A stretch of 50,900 nt of DNA from Bacteroidales bacterium (GCA_017416695.1 JAFQBL010000147.1:1-50900); one strand, 5' to 3'; positions 1 to 12,616 are shown, numbered from the stretch's first letter. Numbers and translations: made by a program. Notes: generated by a model not told the origin, from the sequence alone.

Positions 1-584
1 TTCCTCCACGCGATATCGACAAACCATTCTTGATGCCTGTTGAGGACGTATTCTCAATTACAGGTCGTGGAACAGTTGCTACAGGACGTGTTGAGACTGG
101 AGTTATCAAAGTTGGTGACGAGGTTCAAATCATCGGTCTTGGAGCAGAGGGTAAAAAATCAGTTGTAACTGGTGTTGAGATGTTCCGTAAACTTCTTAGC
201 CAAGGTGAGGCTGGTGACAACGTAGGTCTATTGCTTCGTGGTATCGACAAAAACGAAATCAAACGTGGTATGGTTATCTGTCACCCAGGACAAGTTAAAC
301 CTCACTCTGAGTTCAAAGCTCAAATCTACGTTCTTACTGAGAAAGAGGGTGGACGTCACACTCCATTCCACAACAACTACCGTCCTCAATTCTACATCCG
401 TACATTGGACGTAACTGGAGAGATCACTCTTCCAGAGGGAACTGAGATGGTAATGCCTGGTGACCACGTATCAATCCAAGTAAAACTTATCGCACCAGTT
501 GCATGTAGCGAAGGTCTTCGTTTTGCAATCCGCGAGGGTGGACGTACAGTAGGTTCAGGTCAAATCACTGAGATTATCGACTAA
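1..584 (+). CDS. tuf: Elongation factor Tu, C-terminal part (5' end lies outside the window; codons start at position 3)
   Basis: The translation [33 protein letters not shown]...[17 protein letters not shown] matches EF-Tu domains II-III. Stop TAA is at 582-584. Context is the canonical tuf-tRNA-Trp-secE-nusG arrangement. Confidence 0.97.
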   Translation, partial: PPRDIDKPFLMPVEDVFSITGRGTVATGRVETGVIKVGDEVQIIGLGAEGKKSVVTGVEMFRKLLSQGEAGDNVGLLLRGIDKNEIKRGMVICHPGQVKPHSEFKAQIYVLTEKEGGRHTPFHNNYRPQFYIRTLDVTGEITLPEGTEMVMPGDHVSIQVKLIAPVACSEGLRFAIREGGRTVGSGQITEIID

Positions 585-602
585 TCTTATAACTAAATAA
601 CC

Positions 603-634
603 TCAGCCGACTTAGAAATAGGTCGGCTGAATTT
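603..634 (+). terminator. Hairpin after tuf (9-bp stem TCAGCCGAC/GTCGGCTGA) with only a weak T tract
   Basis: Inverted repeat 603-611 / 622-630 read directly. It is followed by ATTT only, so it may be a terminator or a processing structure before the tRNA. Confidence 0.4.
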
Positions 635-707
635 ACGGGTCTAGCTCAGTTGGTAGAGCACTGGTCTCCAAAACCAGGTGTCGGGAGTTCGAGCCTCTCG
701 TCCCGTG
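635..707 (+). tRNA. tRNA-Trp (anticodon CCA)
   Basis: Manual cloverleaf: D arm GCTC/GAGC, anticodon stem CTGGT/ACCAG with loop CTCCAAA, and T arm GGGAG-TTCGAGC-CTCTC. The acceptor stem is 7 bp with one U-U mismatch. No CCA is encoded. Confidence 0.92.
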
Positions 708-722
708 CTAAATTTTACTAAA

Positions 723-914
723 ATGAAAAAATTATTTGCTAATATAAAGAATTCTTATGATGAATTAATTCATAAGGTATCTTGGCCAACTAAGTCTGAG
801 TTGAGCAATAGTGCTGTTGTAGTTATGACTGCTTCCCTCATAATTGCATTAGTTGTATTCGCAATGGATCAGTGCTTTGAGCACGTTCTTAAATTTGTTT
901 ACCAACACATTTAA
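723..914 (+). CDS. secE: Preprotein translocase subunit SecE
   Basis: 63-aa product starting at ATG 723 ([27 protein letters not shown]...) with one C-terminal TM helix ([18 protein letters not shown]). It sits in the canonical slot between tRNA-Trp and nusG. The tracked start at 678 lies inside the tRNA. Confidence 0.85.
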   Translation: MKKLFANIKNSYDELIHKVSWPTKSELSNSAVVVMTASLIIALVVFAMDQCFEHVLKFVYQHI

Positions 915-928
915 TTAGCGTAACTATT

Positions 929-1483
929 ATGTCTGATACAGTAAAGAAAGCACCCAAAAGAGGGTGGTTTGTTTTGCGTGCCATCAGCGGTAAGGAACTC
1001 AAAGTTAAGGAGTACCTTGATGCAGAGATTGCCAAAGGTGATCTCGGCAAACACGTATTCCAAGTTTTGATACCTACTGAGAAAATATATTCAGTACGCA
1101 ATGGAAAGAGAGTAACAAAAGAACGTAATCTTTATCCTGGCTATGTTTTTGTTGAGGCATGTTTAGTAGGAGAAGTACCACACATACTTCGTAATACAAC
1201 AAACGTAATAGGGTTTTTAGGAGGTGGAACAAACCCCGATCCTTTACGTCCAGCCGAAGTAAACAGAATGTTAGGCTCTGTTGATGAACATCAAGAGGCT
1301 GAAGAGCCAATGATTCCTTACACAGTAGGTGAGAGTGTAAAAGTTACATTCGGTCCTTTTAGTGGATTTACAGGAATTATTGAAGAGGTTAACAACGAGA
1401 AGAGAAAACTCAAGGTAATGGTTAAGATATTCGGACGTAAAACACCGTTGGAACTTAACTTTATGCAAGTAGAAAAGGAGTAA
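929..1483 (+). CDS. nusG: Transcription termination/antitermination factor NusG
   Basis: NGN domain ([18 protein letters not shown]) and KOW motif ([21 protein letters not shown]). Conserved position upstream of rplK. Confidence 0.95.
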   Translation: MSDTVKKAPKRGWFVLRAISGKELKVKEYLDAEIAKGDLGKHVFQVLIPTEKIYSVRNGKRVTKERNLYPGYVFVEACLVGEVPHILRNTTNVIGFLGGGTNPDPLRPAEVNRMLGSVDEHQEAEEPMIPYTVGESVKVTFGPFSGFTGIIEEVNNEKRKLKVMVKIFGRKTPLELNFMQVEKE

Positions 1484-1541
1484 TTGCGTGGTTACGAACG
1501 TAAGTCTCCAATGATTTAACAATCTAAAAAAACAGAGAACA

Positions 1542-1985
1542 ATGGCTAAAGAAATTGCTGGACAAATTAAATTGCAAATTAAAGGTGGTGCAGCAAACCC
1601 ATCTCCTCCAGTAGGACCTGCATTAGGTTCTAAAGGTATCAATATCATGGAGTTTTGCAAGCAATTCAATGCCCGCACTCAAGACAGAGCAGGAAAAGTG
1701 CTTCCCGTAGTTATTACATACTATGCGGACAAAACTTTTGATTTTATAGTTAAGACTCCTCCTGTAGCAATCCAATTATTGGAGGCTGCTAAAGCAAAAT
1801 CAGGATCTGCGGAGCCTAACCGTAAAAAAATTGCTTCAATCACTTGGGAACAAGTAAAAGTTATTGCTCAAGATAAGATGGTTGACTTAAACTGTTTTTC
1901 ACTTGAGTCAGCAATGACTATGGTTGCAGGCACAGCTAGAAGTATGGGTATCACCGTAACAGGAGAATTCCCGGTTAATAACTAA
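1542..1985 (+). CDS. rplK: 50S ribosomal protein L11
   Basis: The N-terminus [29 protein letters not shown] is the L11 signature. Confidence 0.97.
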   Translation: MAKEIAGQIKLQIKGGAANPSPPVGPALGSKGINIMEFCKQFNARTQDRAGKVLPVVITYYADKTFDFIVKTPPVAIQLLEAAKAKSGSAEPNRKKIASITWEQVKVIAQDKMVDLNCFSLESAMTMVAGTARSMGITVTGEFPVNN

Positions 1986-2000
1986 TAAACTTCAATTGAA

Positions 2001-2699
2001 ATGAGTAAATTGACAAAAAATCAAAAAATTGCCTCTGAGAAAATTGAAGCAGGGAAGATGTACTCACTCAAAGAAGCTGCTGAATTGTTGAAAGAGATAA
2101 CTTTCACAAAATTCGATGCATCAGTTGATATTGACGTGCGTTTGGGTGTTGACCCTCGTAAAGCCAACCAAATGGTAAGAGGTGTAGTATCTCTACCAAA
2201 CGGAACAGGAAAACAAGTACGTGTGTTGGCACTATGTACCCCTGATCAAGAAGCAGACGCTAAAGCTGCCGGAGCAGATTATGTAGGATTAGACGAGTAT
2301 ATCGAGAAAATCAAAGGTGGTTGGACCGATATAGACGTAATTATAACAATGCCCGCTATAATGGGTAAACTTGGTGCTCTTGGACGTGTATTAGGACCTC
2401 GTGGTCTTATGCCTAACCCAAAGAGTGGAACAGTAACCAACGAGATTGGTAAAGCAGTAAAAGAGGTAAAACAAGGAAAAATCGACTTTAAAGTTGACAA
2501 AGGAGGAATTGTTCATACTTCAGTAGGTAAAATTTCGTTTGATGCACAAAAAATAGCAGAGAACGTAAAAGAGTTTATGGCAACAATCATTAAACTTAAA
2601 CCAACTGCAGCAAAAGGAACATACGTTAAGAGCGTATATCTTTCAACAACAATGAGCCCTGGAATCAAAGTTGATCCTAAAACTGTTGATGAGATTTAA
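2001..2699 (+). CDS. rplA: 50S ribosomal protein L1
   Basis: 232 aa with L1-typical segments ([34 protein letters not shown]). Position is after rplK. Confidence 0.97.
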   Translation: MSKLTKNQKIASEKIEAGKMYSLKEAAELLKEITFTKFDASVDIDVRLGVDPRKANQMVRGVVSLPNGTGKQVRVLALCTPDQEADAKAAGADYVGLDEYIEKIKGGWTDIDVIITMPAIMGKLGALGRVLGPRGLMPNPKSGTVTNEIGKAVKEVKQGKIDFKVDKGGIVHTSVGKISFDAQKIAENVKEFMATIIKLKPTAAKGTYVKSVYLSTTMSPGIKVDPKTVDEI

Positions 2700-2713
2700 A
2701 AAACTAAAGCACT

Positions 2714-3226
2714 ATGAAAAAAGAAGATAAAGGCATTATTATTGAAAAGATTGGTGCAACTCTAAAAGAGTACAGCCACTTCTACCTTGCCGATACAACA
2801 TCTCTCGATGCAGAGGCTACAAGCGAGTTGCGTCGTGCGTGCTTTGGTAAGGAGATTAAATTAATGGTTGTTAAGAACACTTTGTTGAAAAAAGCACTTG
2901 AGACTCTTGGAGGAGATTACTCACCACTTTATTCAGCATTGAAAGGTTCAACTGCTTTATTGCTTTCAAACACAGGTAACGCACCTGCAAAACTTATTAA
3001 AGAATTTACTAAGAAAAACGATAAAGTACGTTATAAAGCAGCATATGTAGAGGAGTCGTTCTACGATGAAACACAACTTGATGCACTTGTTGCAGTTAAG
3101 AGCAAAAACGAACTTATCGCAGACGTTATCGCAATGTTGGAAAGCCCAGTACAAGGAGTTATTTCAGCACTTGAATCTGGAGCAAACACCATACATGGAG
3201 TTTTGGAAACTCTTGAGAAAAAATAA
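2714..3226 (+). CDS. rplJ: 50S ribosomal protein L10
   Basis: 170 aa between rplA and rplL, with an L10-like N-terminal region (FYLADTTSLDAEATSELRRACFGKEIKLMVVKNTL). Confidence 0.94.
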   Translation: MKKEDKGIIIEKIGATLKEYSHFYLADTTSLDAEATSELRRACFGKEIKLMVVKNTLLKKALETLGGDYSPLYSALKGSTALLLSNTGNAPAKLIKEFTKKNDKVRYKAAYVEESFYDETQLDALVAVKSKNELIADVIAMLESPVQGVISALESGANTIHGVLETLEKK

Positions 3227-3267
3227 TCAAAAATTAAATTGTAAAACATTATTAAATTATAACTAAA

Positions 3268-3642
3268 ATGGCAGACATTAAAGCTTTTGCAGAACAATTA
3301 GTAAACTTGACCGTTAAAGAGGTAAGTGAGCTTAAACAAATTTTGAAAGATGAGTACGGAATTGAGCCTGCTGCAGCAGCAGTAGCAGTAGCAGCCGGAC
3401 CAGCAGCAGCAGCTGAGGCAGCTGAGGAGAAAACATCTTTCGACGTAGTACTTAAAGCAGCAGGTGCAAACAAACTTGCAGTTGTTAAAGCAGTTAAAGA
3501 ACTTACAGGTCTTGGCTTGAAAGAGGCTAAAGAGATGGTTGATGGCGCACCAAGCGTAATCAAAGAAGGTCTTGCTAAAGCAGACGCAGAAGGTTTGAAA
3601 AAACAACTTGAAGAGGCAGGAGCAGAAGTTGAACTTAAATAA
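3268..3642 (+). CDS. rplL: 50S ribosomal protein L7/L12
   Basis: Ala-rich hinge ([20 protein letters not shown]) and a conserved C-terminal domain ([41 protein letters not shown]). Confidence 0.97.
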   Translation: MADIKAFAEQLVNLTVKEVSELKQILKDEYGIEPAAAAVAVAAGPAAAAEAAEEKTSFDVVLKAAGANKLAVVKAVKELTGLGLKEAKEMVDGAPSVIKEGLAKADAEGLKKQLEEAGAEVELK

Positions 3643-3664
3643 TACTTCCTGTTTTCAGGCTTAT

Positions 3665-3703
3665 GGTAAAGAGACCTCAGAGGAGAGGGCTCTTTACCTT
3701 TTT
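3665..3703 (+). terminator. rplL-rpoB intergenic hairpin plus T-run (partial terminator/attenuator)
   Basis: GGTAAAGAG (3665-3673) pairs with CTCTTTACC (3690-3698) and is followed by TTTTT. An attenuator at this position is classical for the rplJL-rpoBC unit. Confidence 0.55.
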
Positions 3704-3832
3704 GTGCATTAAATTAATAAGATACCTAAATCTCTCATTTTCAGCACATAAGGGAGTGGTTTGTATTTGAATAACAATATATAAATCAAAAAATTTAGGT
3801 TCTTAATAAAAATAAAAAATTAATTGCGTACA

Positions 3833-6800
3833 ATGGCTTCGAACGTAAAACAGCGAATAAATTTTGCTTCCATTAAAAATCCACTATCTTACCCCGATTT
3901 TTTGGAAGTACAATTAAAATCTTTCCGAGATTTTCTCCAATTAGACACCCCTCCCGAAAAACGTAAAAACGAGGGACTATATAAAGTATTTGCAGAAAAT
4001 TTCCCCATTTCAGATACCCGCAACAACTTTGTATTGGAGTTTTTAGATTATTTTATTGATCCCCCCCGATATACAATTGATGAGTGTCTCGAAAGAGGTC
4101 TAACATATAGTGTACCTTTAAAGGCTAAACTTAAACTTTATTGTACAGATCCTGAACACGAGGATTTTGAAACAAAAATACAAGACGTATATTTAGGTCC
4201 CATCCCATATATGACTGAGAAGGGAACTTTCATTATCAATGGTGCAGAGCGTGTAGTAGTATCACAATTACACCGTTCACCTGGAGTCTTCTTTGGACAA
4301 AGTTTACACACCAATGGTAAAAAATTATACTCTGCGAGAATTATACCATTCAAAGGATCTTGGATTGAGTTCGCGACAGATATAAACAATGTTATGTACG
4401 CTTACATCGATCGTAAGAAGAAGTTACCTGTAACAACACTTCTTCGTGCAATCGGATTTGAGAGCGACAAAGATATACTTGATATATTTGGCTTGGCAGA
4501 AGAGATTAAGGTTACAAAAACAAACTTAAAGAAAAGTCTTGGTCGTCGTCTTGCAGCACGTATATCACGCACAAGTTTTGAAGATTATGTAGATGAGGGA
4601 ACAGGCGAGGTAGTATCAATTGAGCGTTCAGAAATAGTAGTAGAGCGTGAGACTATCCTTGAAGAGGAGCATATCGAAAAAATACTTGAAGTAGGAGTTC
4701 CTTCAATTCTATTGCACAAGGATGATCAATTAACATCTGACTATGCAATAATCTACAACACTCTTAAAAAAGACTCAAGTAACTCAGAGCAAGAGGCAGT
4801 AACATTTATTTACCGTCTATTGCGTAGTGCCGATCCTGTTGATGATGCAAGTGCAAGAGAGGTAATCAACAACCTATTCTTCTCTGACAAGCGTTACGAT
4901 TTAGGAGACGTAGGACGTTACAGAATAAACAAAAAGTTAAATCTTACAACATCATCTGATGTAAGAGTCTTAACAAAAGAGGATATTATAGAGATTATCA
5001 AATATCTAATTGAACTAATTAACTCACACGCTGACGTTGATGACATTGACCACTTGAGCAATCGTCGTGTACGTACAGTAGGTGAACAACTATATAACCA
5101 ATTTGGTATTGGCTTAACACGTATGGCACGAACAATACGTGATCGTATGAATGTTCGTGACAATGAGGTGTTTACACCAGTTGAGTTGATCAATGCAAAA
5201 ACAATCTCATCTGTAATCAACACCTTCTTTGGAACCAATGCGTTATCTCAATTCATGGATCAAACCAACCCATTGGCAGAGATAACACACAAACGTCGTA
5301 TGTCAGCGTTAGGACCTGGAGGACTTTCACGTGAGCGTGCAGGATTTGAGGTTCGTGACGTACACTACACACACTACGGACGTTTATGTCCAATTGAGAC
5401 ACCAGAGGGACCAAACATTGGTTTGATATCATCACTTTGTGTATATGCTAAGATAAACGATTTGGGATTCATTGAGACACCATATCGTAAAGTAGCAAAC
5501 GGAAAGGTTGACCTTTCAGAGAATGGTATCACATACCTAACAGCCGAAGTAGAGGAGAATCAAATAATTGCACAAGGAAATGCTCCATTGAATGATGATG
5601 GAACATTCATCCGTACACGTGTAAAATCACGTTTGAATGCCGACTTCCCAGTTGTAGCACCACAAGAGGTAGCATTGATGGACGTATCGCCCACACAAAT
5701 TGCTTCAATAGCAGCATCATTAATTCCATTCCTTGAGCACGACGATGCTAACCGTGCGTTGATGGGATCAAACATGATGCGTCAGGCAGTACCACTATTG
5801 CGTAGCGAAGCACCTATTGTAGGAACAGGATTGGAAGGACAACTAATACGTGACTCACGTACACAAATCACTGCTGAGGGAAGTGGAGTAATAGAGTATG
5901 TAGATGCAACAACCATCCGCATCAACTATGACCGCACAGCAGATGAAGAGTTTGTAAGTTTCGATTCTTCAGTAAAAGAGTACAACATACCAAAATTCCG
6001 CAAAACCAACCAAAGCACAACAATCGACCTTCGTCCAATATGCAAAAAAGGACAAAGAGTTGTTGAGGGCGACATCCTAACCGAAGGATACTCAACAGAG
6101 AATGGTGAGTTAGCATTAGGACGCAACTTAAAAGTAGCCTTCATGCCTTGGAAAGGATATAACTATGAGGACGCTATTGTACTTAACGAGCGTATCGTAC
6201 GTGAAGACATACTAACATCGGTACACGTAGATGAGTACACATTAGAGGTTCGCGAGACAAAACGCGGAATGGAGGAGTTAACAGCCGATATACCTAACGT
6301 AAGCGAAGATGCAACAAAAGACCTTGACGAAAGAGGAATCATTCGTATAGGAGCACACGTTGCACCAGGCGATATAATGATAGGTAAAATTACACCTAAA
6401 GGAGAGTCAGATCCTTCACCAGAGGAGAAACTATTACGTGCAATCTTTGGAGACAAAGCAGGTGACGTAAAAGATGCATCATTAAAAGCATCACCTTCAT
6501 TAAAAGGAGTAGTAATCGGAACAAACCTATACTCAAAAGCCGAGAAGAAAAAAGGCAAAAAAATAGAGAGCGAGTTACAACCTTTAGAGGAAGAATACGC
6601 AGCACGTCAAGAGGAGTTGAAATCAATTCTAATTGAGAAGTTGAGTGTATTGACAAAAGGCAAAACATCGCAAGGAGTAAAAGACTTCTTAGGAATAGAG
6701 ATAATACCAAAAGGAGCCAAGTTCTCTCAAAAAGCGTTGGCTGAGATAGATTACTCGTTAGTACAAGTAAGCAAATGGACAACAGACAATGAGAAGAACG

Positions 6801-7636
6801 AGTTGATACGACAAACCATTATCAACTATCTTAAAAAGTCGAAAATATACGATGCCGAGTTACGTCGTAAGAAAGCAGACTTATCAATCGGAGATGAGTT
6901 ACCATCAGGAATCATGAAGATTGCGAAAGTATATATTGCTAAGAAACGTAAAATCGGTGTTGGAGACAAGATGGCGGGACGTCACGGAAACAAAGGTATT
7001 GTATCGCGTGTAGTACGTCAAGAAGATATGCCATTCTTGGAAGATGGAACACCAGTAGATATAGTGTTGAATCCCCTTGGTGTGCCTTCACGTATGAACT
7101 TAGGACAGATATTTGAAACCGTATTAGGATGGGCAGGACGTGAGTTAGGAGAGAAATTTGCAACACCAATCTTTGATGGAGCAAGTCTTGATGACCTTAA
7201 CGCATGGACCGACAAAGCAGGAGTACCACGTTACGGAAAAACATATCTATACGATGGACACACAGGAGAGCGTTTTGACCAACCAGCAACCGTAGGAGTA
7301 ATCTATATGTTGAAACTCGGGCACATGGTTGAAGATAAGATGCACGCACGTTCAATCGGACCATACTCTCTTATTACACAACAACCTCTTGGAGGTAAAG
7401 CACAATTCGGAGGTCAACGTTTTGGAGAGATGGAGGTTTGGGCACTTGAGGCATTTGGAGCATCTCACATTCTACAAGAGATCTTAACTATAAAGAGTGA
7501 CGATGTAGTAGGACGTTCAAAAGCATATGAGGCTATTGTTAAAGGCGAGAAGATGCCAACACCAGGTATCCCAGAGTCACTTAACGTATTGCTTCACGAG
7601 TTAAGAGGATTAGGATTAAGCATTAAATTAGATTAG
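3833..7636 (+). CDS. rpoB: DNA-directed RNA polymerase subunit beta
   Basis: Motifs [39 protein letters not shown] and [18 protein letters not shown] 833 ([11 protein letters not shown]) is preferred over the tracked TTG at 3824. Confidence 0.97.
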   Translation: MASNVKQRINFASIKNPLSYPDFLEVQLKSFRDFLQLDTPPEKRKNEGLYKVFAENFPISDTRNNFVLEFLDYFIDPPRYTIDECLERGLTYSVPLKAKLKLYCTDPEHEDFETKIQDVYLGPIPYMTEKGTFIINGAERVVVSQLHRSPGVFFGQSLHTNGKKLYSARIIPFKGSWIEFATDINNVMYAYIDRKKKLPVTTLLRAIGFESDKDILDIFGLAEEIKVTKTNLKKSLGRRLAARISRTSFEDYVDEGTGEVVSIERSEIVVERETILEEEHIEKILEVGVPSILLHKDDQLTSDYAIIYNTLKKDSSNSEQEAVTFIYRLLRSADPVDDASAREVINNLFFSDKRYDLGDVGRYRINKKLNLTTSSDVRVLTKEDIIEIIKYLIELINSHADVDDIDHLSNRRVRTVGEQLYNQFGIGLTRMARTIRDRMNVRDNEVFTPVELINAKTISSVINTFFGTNALSQFMDQTNPLAEITHKRRMSALGPGGLSRERAGFEVRDVHYTHYGRLCPIETPEGPNIGLISSLCVYAKINDLGFIETPYRKVANGKVDLSENGITYLTAEVEENQIIAQGNAPLNDDGTFIRTRVKSRLNADFPVVAPQEVALMDVSPTQIASIAASLIPFLEHDDANRALMGSNMMRQAVPLLRSEAPIVGTGLEGQLIRDSRTQITAEGSGVIEYVDATTIRINYDRTADEEFVSFDSSVKEYNIPKFRKTNQSTTIDLRPICKKGQRVVEGDILTEGYSTENGELALGRNLKVAFMPWKGYNYEDAIVLNERIVREDILTSVHVDEYTLEVRETKRGMEELTADIPNVSEDATKDLDERGIIRIGAHVAPGDIMIGKITPKGESDPSPEEKLLRAIFGDKAGDVKDASLKASPSLKGVVIGTNLYSKAEKKKGKKIESELQPLEEEYAARQEELKSILIEKLSVLTKGKTSQGVKDFLGIEIIPKGAKFSQKALAEIDYSLVQVSKWTTDNEKNELIRQTIINYLKKSKIYDAELRRKKADLSIGDELPSGIMKIAKVYIAKKRKIGVGDKMAGRHGNKGIVSRVVRQEDMPFLEDGTPVDIVLNPLGVPSRMNLGQIFETVLGWAGRELGEKFATPIFDGASLDDLNAWTDKAGVPRYGKTYLYDGHTGERFDQPATVGVIYMLKLGHMVEDKMHARSIGPYSLITQQPLGGKAQFGGQRFGEMEVWALEAFGASHILQEILTIKSDDVVGRSKAYEAIVKGEKMPTPGIPESLNVLLHELRGLGLSIKLD

Positions 7637-7702
7637 GAGAGGGCGTAAACTTAGGTTTACGCACCCACCTGATAATTACCAAATCTGTTTATATATAAAA
7701 AT

Positions 7703-10700
7703 ATGGCATATAAAAAAGATAGTAAGGTAAAAAGTAATTTCTCAAAAATTACCATCGGATTAGCATCACCCGAAGAGATAAGAATCAACTCTCGCGGTGA
7801 GGTGTTGAAACCCGAAACAATAAATTACCGCACCTACAAACCCGAGCGTGACGGATTGTTCTGTGAAAGAATATTCGGTCCCGTAAAGGATTACGAATGT
7901 TTTTGCGGAAAGTATAAAAGAATCCGCTATCGTGGTATCGTTTGTGACCACTGTGGAGTAGAGGTAACAGAGAAAAAAGTACGTCGTGAGCGTACAGGAC
8001 ATATACAATTAGTAGTACCTGTTGCACACATCTGGTATTTCCGTTCGTTGCCCAATAAAATAGGATATTTGTTAGGCTTGCCCACTAAAAAGTTGGATGC
8101 AATCATCTACTATGAAAAATATGTAGTAATTCAACCAGGATTAAAGTCTGACGTACTATCAACATACGATTTATTGACAGAAGAGGAGTATTTAAATGTA
8201 CTTGAGACTCTTCCTGCCGAAAATCAATATCTTGATGATTCTGATCCCGACAAATTCATTGCTAAGATGGGAGCAGAGGCGGTACAAGACCTATTGATGC
8301 GTTTAGACTTGGATTCACTATCATACGAGTTACGCCACCGTGCAAATACCGATGGCTCACAACAACGCAAAACAGAGGCATTAAAACGCCTACAAGTAGT
8401 AGAGTCGTTCCGTTCATCACGCGATATCAACCGTCCAGAGTGGATGATATTAAACGTAATTCCAGTTATACCACCCGAATTGCGTCCATTAGTACCATTG
8501 GATGGAGGTCGCTTTGCAACATCAGACCTTAACGACCTATATCGCCGCGTAATCATACGTAACAACCGATTGAAACGATTAATCGAGATAAAAGCACCCG
8601 ATGTAATCTTACGTAACGAAAAACGTATGTTACAAGAGGCAGTAGATTCACTACTCGATAACTCGCGTAAATCAAGTGCATTCAAAACAGAGGCAAACCG
8701 TCCATTGAAATCACTTTCAGACAGTTTGAAAGGAAAGCAAGGACGTTTCCGTCAAAACCTACTCGGAAAACGTGTCGATTACTCAGCACGTTCAGTAATT
8801 GTTGTAGGACCTGAGTTGAAGATGCACGAGTGCGGTCTTCCAAAAGATATGGCAGCAGAGTTGTACAAACCATTCGTAATACGCAAATTGATAGAGCGTG
8901 GAATAGTTAAGACAGTAAAATCTGCTAAGAAAATCATCGACCGCAGAGAGTCCGTTGTATGGGACATCTTGGAACACGTGATGAAAGGACATCCCGTGTT
9001 GTTGAACCGTGCTCCAACACTACACCGTTTGGGTATTCAAGCATTCCAGCCACGAATGATTGAAGGTAAAGCAATTCAACTTCACCCATTAGCATGTACA
9101 GCGTTCAACGCCGACTTTGACGGTGACCAAATGGCGGTACACCTACCATTAGGTAACGAAGCAATTTTGGAGGCACAAATCCTAATGTTAGGATCGCACA
9201 ATATCCTTAACCCTGCCAATGGAGCACCAATCACAGTGCCATCACAAGACATGGTATTGGGATTGTACTACATAACCAAAATGCGTAAAGGCGACAAAGG
9301 AGAGGGATTAACATTCTACGGACCCGAAGAGGCAGAGATAGCATACAACGAAGGAAAAGTAACCCTACACGCACACATAAAGGTATTGGTAAAAGACCTT
9401 GATGAAAACGGAAACATAGTAGAGGTAATGCGTGAAACATCAGTAGGACGCGTACTTGTAAACCAATATGTACCCGATGAAGTAGGATATATCAACGAAA
9501 TCTTCAAGAAAAAATCATTACGCGACATTATCAGCCGAGTAATTAAAGTATGCGGAATGGTACGAGCAGCACAATTCCTTGACGACATCAAGAACTTAGG
9601 ATACAAGATGGCGTTCAAAGGAGGATTGTCATTTAACCTATCAGACGTAATCATCCCTGAGGAGAAAGAGAAACTAATCCAGGATGGATACGAGAAGGTA
9701 GAGCAAATCGTATCAGACTACAATATGGGATTCACAACCTACAATGAGCGTTACAACCGTATCATTGACGCATGGACAAGAGTAAATGCTGAGTTATCAA
9801 AAATATTGTTGACACAATTAACAAACGACCGTCAAGGATTTAACCCAGTATTTATGATGCTTGACTCAGGAGCCCGTGGATCAAAAGAGCAAATTTGTCA
9901 GTTGTCAGGTATGCGTGGATTGATGGCGAAACCCCAAAAATCAGGAGCAGAAGGCGGACAAATTATCGAGAACCCAATTCTTGCGAACTTTAAAGAGGGA
10001 TTGTCGGTGTTGGAGTACTTTATCTCAACACACGGTGCTCGTAAAGGTTTGGCGGATACAGCGTTGAAAACAGCCGATGCAGGATACCTAACACGTCGTT
10101 TGGTTGACGTAGCACACGATGTGATAATCCATGAGGATGATTGTGGAACACTTCGCGGATTGGTATGCACCGAGTTGAAGAACAACAAAGAGACAGTAGC
10201 AACACTATATGAGCGTATATTGGGACGTGTATCGGTACACGATGTACAACACCCAATAACAGGCGAAATAATAGTAGAAGCAGGACAGGAGATAACCGAA
10301 GAGATAGCACAACGCATTGAAGAATCTCCAATAGAGCGAGTAGAGATACGTTCAGTATTAACATGCGAATCTAAAAAAGGAGTATGTGCAAAATGTTACG
10401 GACGCAACCTTGCAACAGGTAAGATGGTGCAAAAAGGCGAGGCAGTCGGAATCATTGCAGCACAATCAATCGGAGAGCCAGGTACACAGTTGACATTGCG
10501 TACATTCCACGTGGGAGGTATTGCGTCAAACATTGAGACAGTATCAAATGTAACATCACGTTACGACGGTATCCTTGAGATAGAGGAGTTGCGTACTGTA
10601 GATGCAAAAGATGAGGCAGGAAAAGATATAATGGTAGTGGTAGGACGTTTGGCAGAGATGCGTATCGTAGATCCACACACTAAGATAGTCTTAACCTCAA

Positions 10701-11959
10701 CCAACATACCTTACGGTTCAAAACTATACTTCAAAGATGGAGCAACAGTTAAGAAAGGCGATGTAATCTGTGAGTGGGATCCATTCAACGCAGTAATCAT
10801 CAGTGAGGCAACAGGTAAATTGCAGTTTGAGAACGTAATTGAGGGAGTAAACTACAAACTTGAGAGCGATGAGCAAACAGGATTTAGCGAGCGAATAATC
10901 ATAGAGTCAAAAGACCACACTCGTATCCCTTCAGCATTAATTGTGGGAGCAGACGGAAATGTAGAGCGCAGTTACTCATTACCTTTAGGAGCCCACATCA
11001 TGGTAGAAGAGGGACAAGAGATAAAAGCAGGAGACATATTGGTTAAGATACCACGTGCCGTAGGAAAAGCGGGAGATATCACTGGAGGTCTTCCACGTGT
11101 AACCGAGTTGTTTGAGGCACGTAACCCATCAAATCCAGCAGTAGTAGCAGAGATTGACGGAGAGGTAAAATTAGGCAAAATCAAACGTGGTAACCGCGAG
11201 ATCATAATCACATCAAAGACAGGAGAACAAAAGAAATATTTGGTATCACTATCAAAACAAGTACTTGTACAAGAGAACGATTATGTAAGAGCAGGAACAC
11301 CATTGTCAGATGGATCAATAACACCAGCCGACATCCTTGCAATTAAAGGTCCCACAGCAGTACAAGAGTACATTGTAAACGAGGTACAAGATGTATATCG
11401 CCTACAAGGTGTGAAGATTAACGACAAACACTTTGAGGTAATTGTACGTCAGATGATGCGTAAAGTAACAATTGTCGATCCAGGAGATACACGCTTCCTT
11501 GAACAACAAATAGTTGACAAGTTAGAGTTTATGGAGGAGAACGACCGCATCTGGGGTAAAAAGGTTGTAGTAGATGCAGGAGACTCACAAAATCTACGTC
11601 CAGGACAAATCGTAACAGCACGAAAACTTCGCGAGGAGAACTCATTGTTGATACGCCGCGACCAAAAACCAGTAGAAGTACGTGATGCAGTACCTGCAAC
11701 ATCAGAACAAAACCTACAAGGAATCACACGTGCGGCACTACAAACAAGCAGTTTCATGTCAGCAGCATCGTTCCAAGAGACAACAAAAGTATTGAACGAG
11801 GCAGCAATCAACGGAAAAGTTGACAAGTTAGAGGGTATGAAAGAGAACGTAATTTGCGGACACTTGATACCAGCGGGAACAGGACAACGTCAATTCAATA
11901 AGTTGATAGTAGGAGCGCAGTCTGATTTTGATCAATTGATTAATGAGGATGAGGAGTAA
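7703..11959 (+). CDS. rpoC: DNA-directed RNA polymerase subunit beta'
   Basis: Zn-binding [23 protein letters not shown] and catalytic [12 protein letters not shown]. Length 1418 aa. Stop TAA is at 11957-11959. Confidence 0.97.
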   Translation: MAYKKDSKVKSNFSKITIGLASPEEIRINSRGEVLKPETINYRTYKPERDGLFCERIFGPVKDYECFCGKYKRIRYRGIVCDHCGVEVTEKKVRRERTGHIQLVVPVAHIWYFRSLPNKIGYLLGLPTKKLDAIIYYEKYVVIQPGLKSDVLSTYDLLTEEEYLNVLETLPAENQYLDDSDPDKFIAKMGAEAVQDLLMRLDLDSLSYELRHRANTDGSQQRKTEALKRLQVVESFRSSRDINRPEWMILNVIPVIPPELRPLVPLDGGRFATSDLNDLYRRVIIRNNRLKRLIEIKAPDVILRNEKRMLQEAVDSLLDNSRKSSAFKTEANRPLKSLSDSLKGKQGRFRQNLLGKRVDYSARSVIVVGPELKMHECGLPKDMAAELYKPFVIRKLIERGIVKTVKSAKKIIDRRESVVWDILEHVMKGHPVLLNRAPTLHRLGIQAFQPRMIEGKAIQLHPLACTAFNADFDGDQMAVHLPLGNEAILEAQILMLGSHNILNPANGAPITVPSQDMVLGLYYITKMRKGDKGEGLTFYGPEEAEIAYNEGKVTLHAHIKVLVKDLDENGNIVEVMRETSVGRVLVNQYVPDEVGYINEIFKKKSLRDIISRVIKVCGMVRAAQFLDDIKNLGYKMAFKGGLSFNLSDVIIPEEKEKLIQDGYEKVEQIVSDYNMGFTTYNERYNRIIDAWTRVNAELSKILLTQLTNDRQGFNPVFMMLDSGARGSKEQICQLSGMRGLMAKPQKSGAEGGQIIENPILANFKEGLSVLEYFISTHGARKGLADTALKTADAGYLTRRLVDVAHDVIIHEDDCGTLRGLVCTELKNNKETVATLYERILGRVSVHDVQHPITGEIIVEAGQEITEEIAQRIEESPIERVEIRSVLTCESKKGVCAKCYGRNLATGKMVQKGEAVGIIAAQSIGEPGTQLTLRTFHVGGIASNIETVSNVTSRYDGILEIEELRTVDAKDEAGKDIMVVVGRLAEMRIVDPHTKIVLTSTNIPYGSKLYFKDGATVKKGDVICEWDPFNAVIISEATGKLQFENVIEGVNYKLESDEQTGFSERIIIESKDHTRIPSALIVGADGNVERSYSLPLGAHIMVEEGQEIKAGDILVKIPRAVGKAGDITGGLPRVTELFEARNPSNPAVVAEIDGEVKLGKIKRGNREIIITSKTGEQKKYLVSLSKQVLVQENDYVRAGTPLSDGSITPADILAIKGPTAVQEYIVNEVQDVYRLQGVKINDKHFEVIVRQMMRKVTIVDPGDTRFLEQQIVDKLEFMEENDRIWGKKVVVDAGDSQNLRPGQIVTARKLREENSLLIRRDQKPVEVRDAVPATSEQNLQGITRAALQTSSFMSAASFQETTKVLNEAAINGKVDKLEGMKENVICGHLIPAGTGQRQFNKLIVGAQSDFDQLINEDEE

Positions 11960-12033
11960 AATTAGTTGTTAGAGGCTGACAATACACCAAATAGAGTAGG
12001 AGGGCTATCCAAAGGGGTAGCCCTCCTTTTTTT
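11952..12033 (+). repeat. Left copy of a perfect 82-bp direct repeat (last rpoC codon, stop and terminator)
   Basis: Base-by-base comparison shows it is identical to 13279-13360 (AGGAGTAAAATTAGTTGTTAGAGGCTGACAATACACCAAATAGAGTAGGAGGGCTATCCAAAGGGGTAGCCCTCCTTTTTTT). Confidence 0.95.
11999..12033 (+). terminator. Intrinsic terminator after rpoC (copy 1)
   Basis: GGAGGGCTA / TAGCCCTCC stem followed by T7. Confidence 0.8.
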
Positions 12034-12059
12034 GTAATAGAGTAATCAAAATTGAATTA

Positions 12060-12082
12060 AATTTTGTTTTCTAAACAAAATT
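12060..12082. promoter_or_regulatory. Perfect 10-bp inverted repeat (AATTTTGTTT-n3-AAACAAAATT), candidate operator of the HTH/NTase cassette
   Basis: Palindrome read directly. It lies immediately upstream of a -7 box and of the HTH gene. Confidence 0.35.
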
Positions 12083-12085
12083 GTT

Positions 12086-12093
12086 TATTTTTG
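12086..12093 (+). promoter_or_regulatory. Bacteroidota -7 promoter box TATTTTTG (TAnnTTTG consensus)
   Basis: Exact match to the TAnnTTTG consensus. It ends 4 nt before the ATG at 12098, which implies a very short or absent leader. Confidence 0.35.
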
Positions 12094-12097
12094 CAAT

Positions 12098-12616
12098 ATG
12101 AATACTACTATAGAGATACTCAAAGGATTGCATCCTGGTTTATTTTTAAAGAGAGAACTTAATAAACGTAACCTAAAAAGTGGATATTTTGCCGAGTCAA
12201 TCGGAGAATATCCGCAGACGCTTAGTGCCATTATTCGAGGTCGTAGATCTATGAATACGCCACTATCGCTACGCATTGAAAGAGCGTTAAATTTGGAAGA
12301 GGGATTATTAATGACTTTACAAGTATATTACGACATATATGAAGAGAAACGCCGCTTAGAACAAATCAATCGTTTGGATATAACAAAATTCCGTCCTATA
12401 TTATTTTGGGATACACGAATTGAGAATATCGAATTCTTTCAACACAGGCGTTATGTAATTAATAGAGTATTTGAGCGAGGCACAGAGGAAGAAATTTTGG
12501 AGACCATACGTTTTTATGGAGAAGAGACAATTCTTGAAGCTATAGATATATCAACCAAATCTCCTTTTGTTGAAAATGTAAAAAGAAATCTTAAAGCATA
12601 TCTTAACTATGAATAA
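12098..12616 (+). CDS. HigA-family HTH (antidote-type) protein with an additional ~90-aa C-terminal domain of unknown function; putative antitoxin/regulator
   Basis: The N-terminal segment LHPGLFLKRELNKRNLKSGYFAESIGEYPQTLSAIIRGRRSMNTPLSLRIERALNLEEGLLMTLQVYYD follows the HigA/VapI pattern (HPG..L..E..., ..I..G.R......L.L, ..L...YD). The C-terminal part (FWDTRIENIEFFQHRRYVINRVFERGTEEEILETIRFYGEETILEA) was not recognised. Its end overlaps the next gene by 8 nt. Confidence 0.8.
   Translation: MNTTIEILKGLHPGLFLKRELNKRNLKSGYFAESIGEYPQTLSAIIRGRRSMNTPLSLRIERALNLEEGLLMTLQVYYDIYEEKRRLEQINRLDITKFRPILFWDTRIENIEFFQHRRYVINRVFERGTEEEILETIRFYGEETILEAIDISTKSPFVENVKRNLKAYLNYE

Noticed and set aside
678-722. 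N-terminal extension of secE (MSGVRASRPVLNFTK) from the tracked start at 678
   Set aside because: The extension overlaps the 3' half of tRNA-Trp (635-707). The internal ATG at 723 gives a normal 63-aa SecE.
3252-3606. Two about 100-aa minus-strand ORFs opposite rplL (Ala/Ser- and Cys-rich)
   Set aside because: They are mirror images of the GCA/GCT-rich L7/L12 hinge. rplL itself is unambiguous.
4138-11826. Numerous 60-150-aa antisense or off-frame ORFs inside rpoB and rpoC (for example 6163-6558, 8224-8685, 9898-10317, 11449-11826)
   Set aside because: All lie entirely within very confidently identified conserved genes. Their translations are low-complexity (Ser/Arg/Ile-rich) with no recognisable motifs, which is typical of shadow ORFs.
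12085-12276. 63-aa minus-strand ORF overlapping the start of the HTH gene
   Set aside because: It is antisense to a gene with a clear HigA-type HTH translation. It has no motif and would run into the promoter/operator region.
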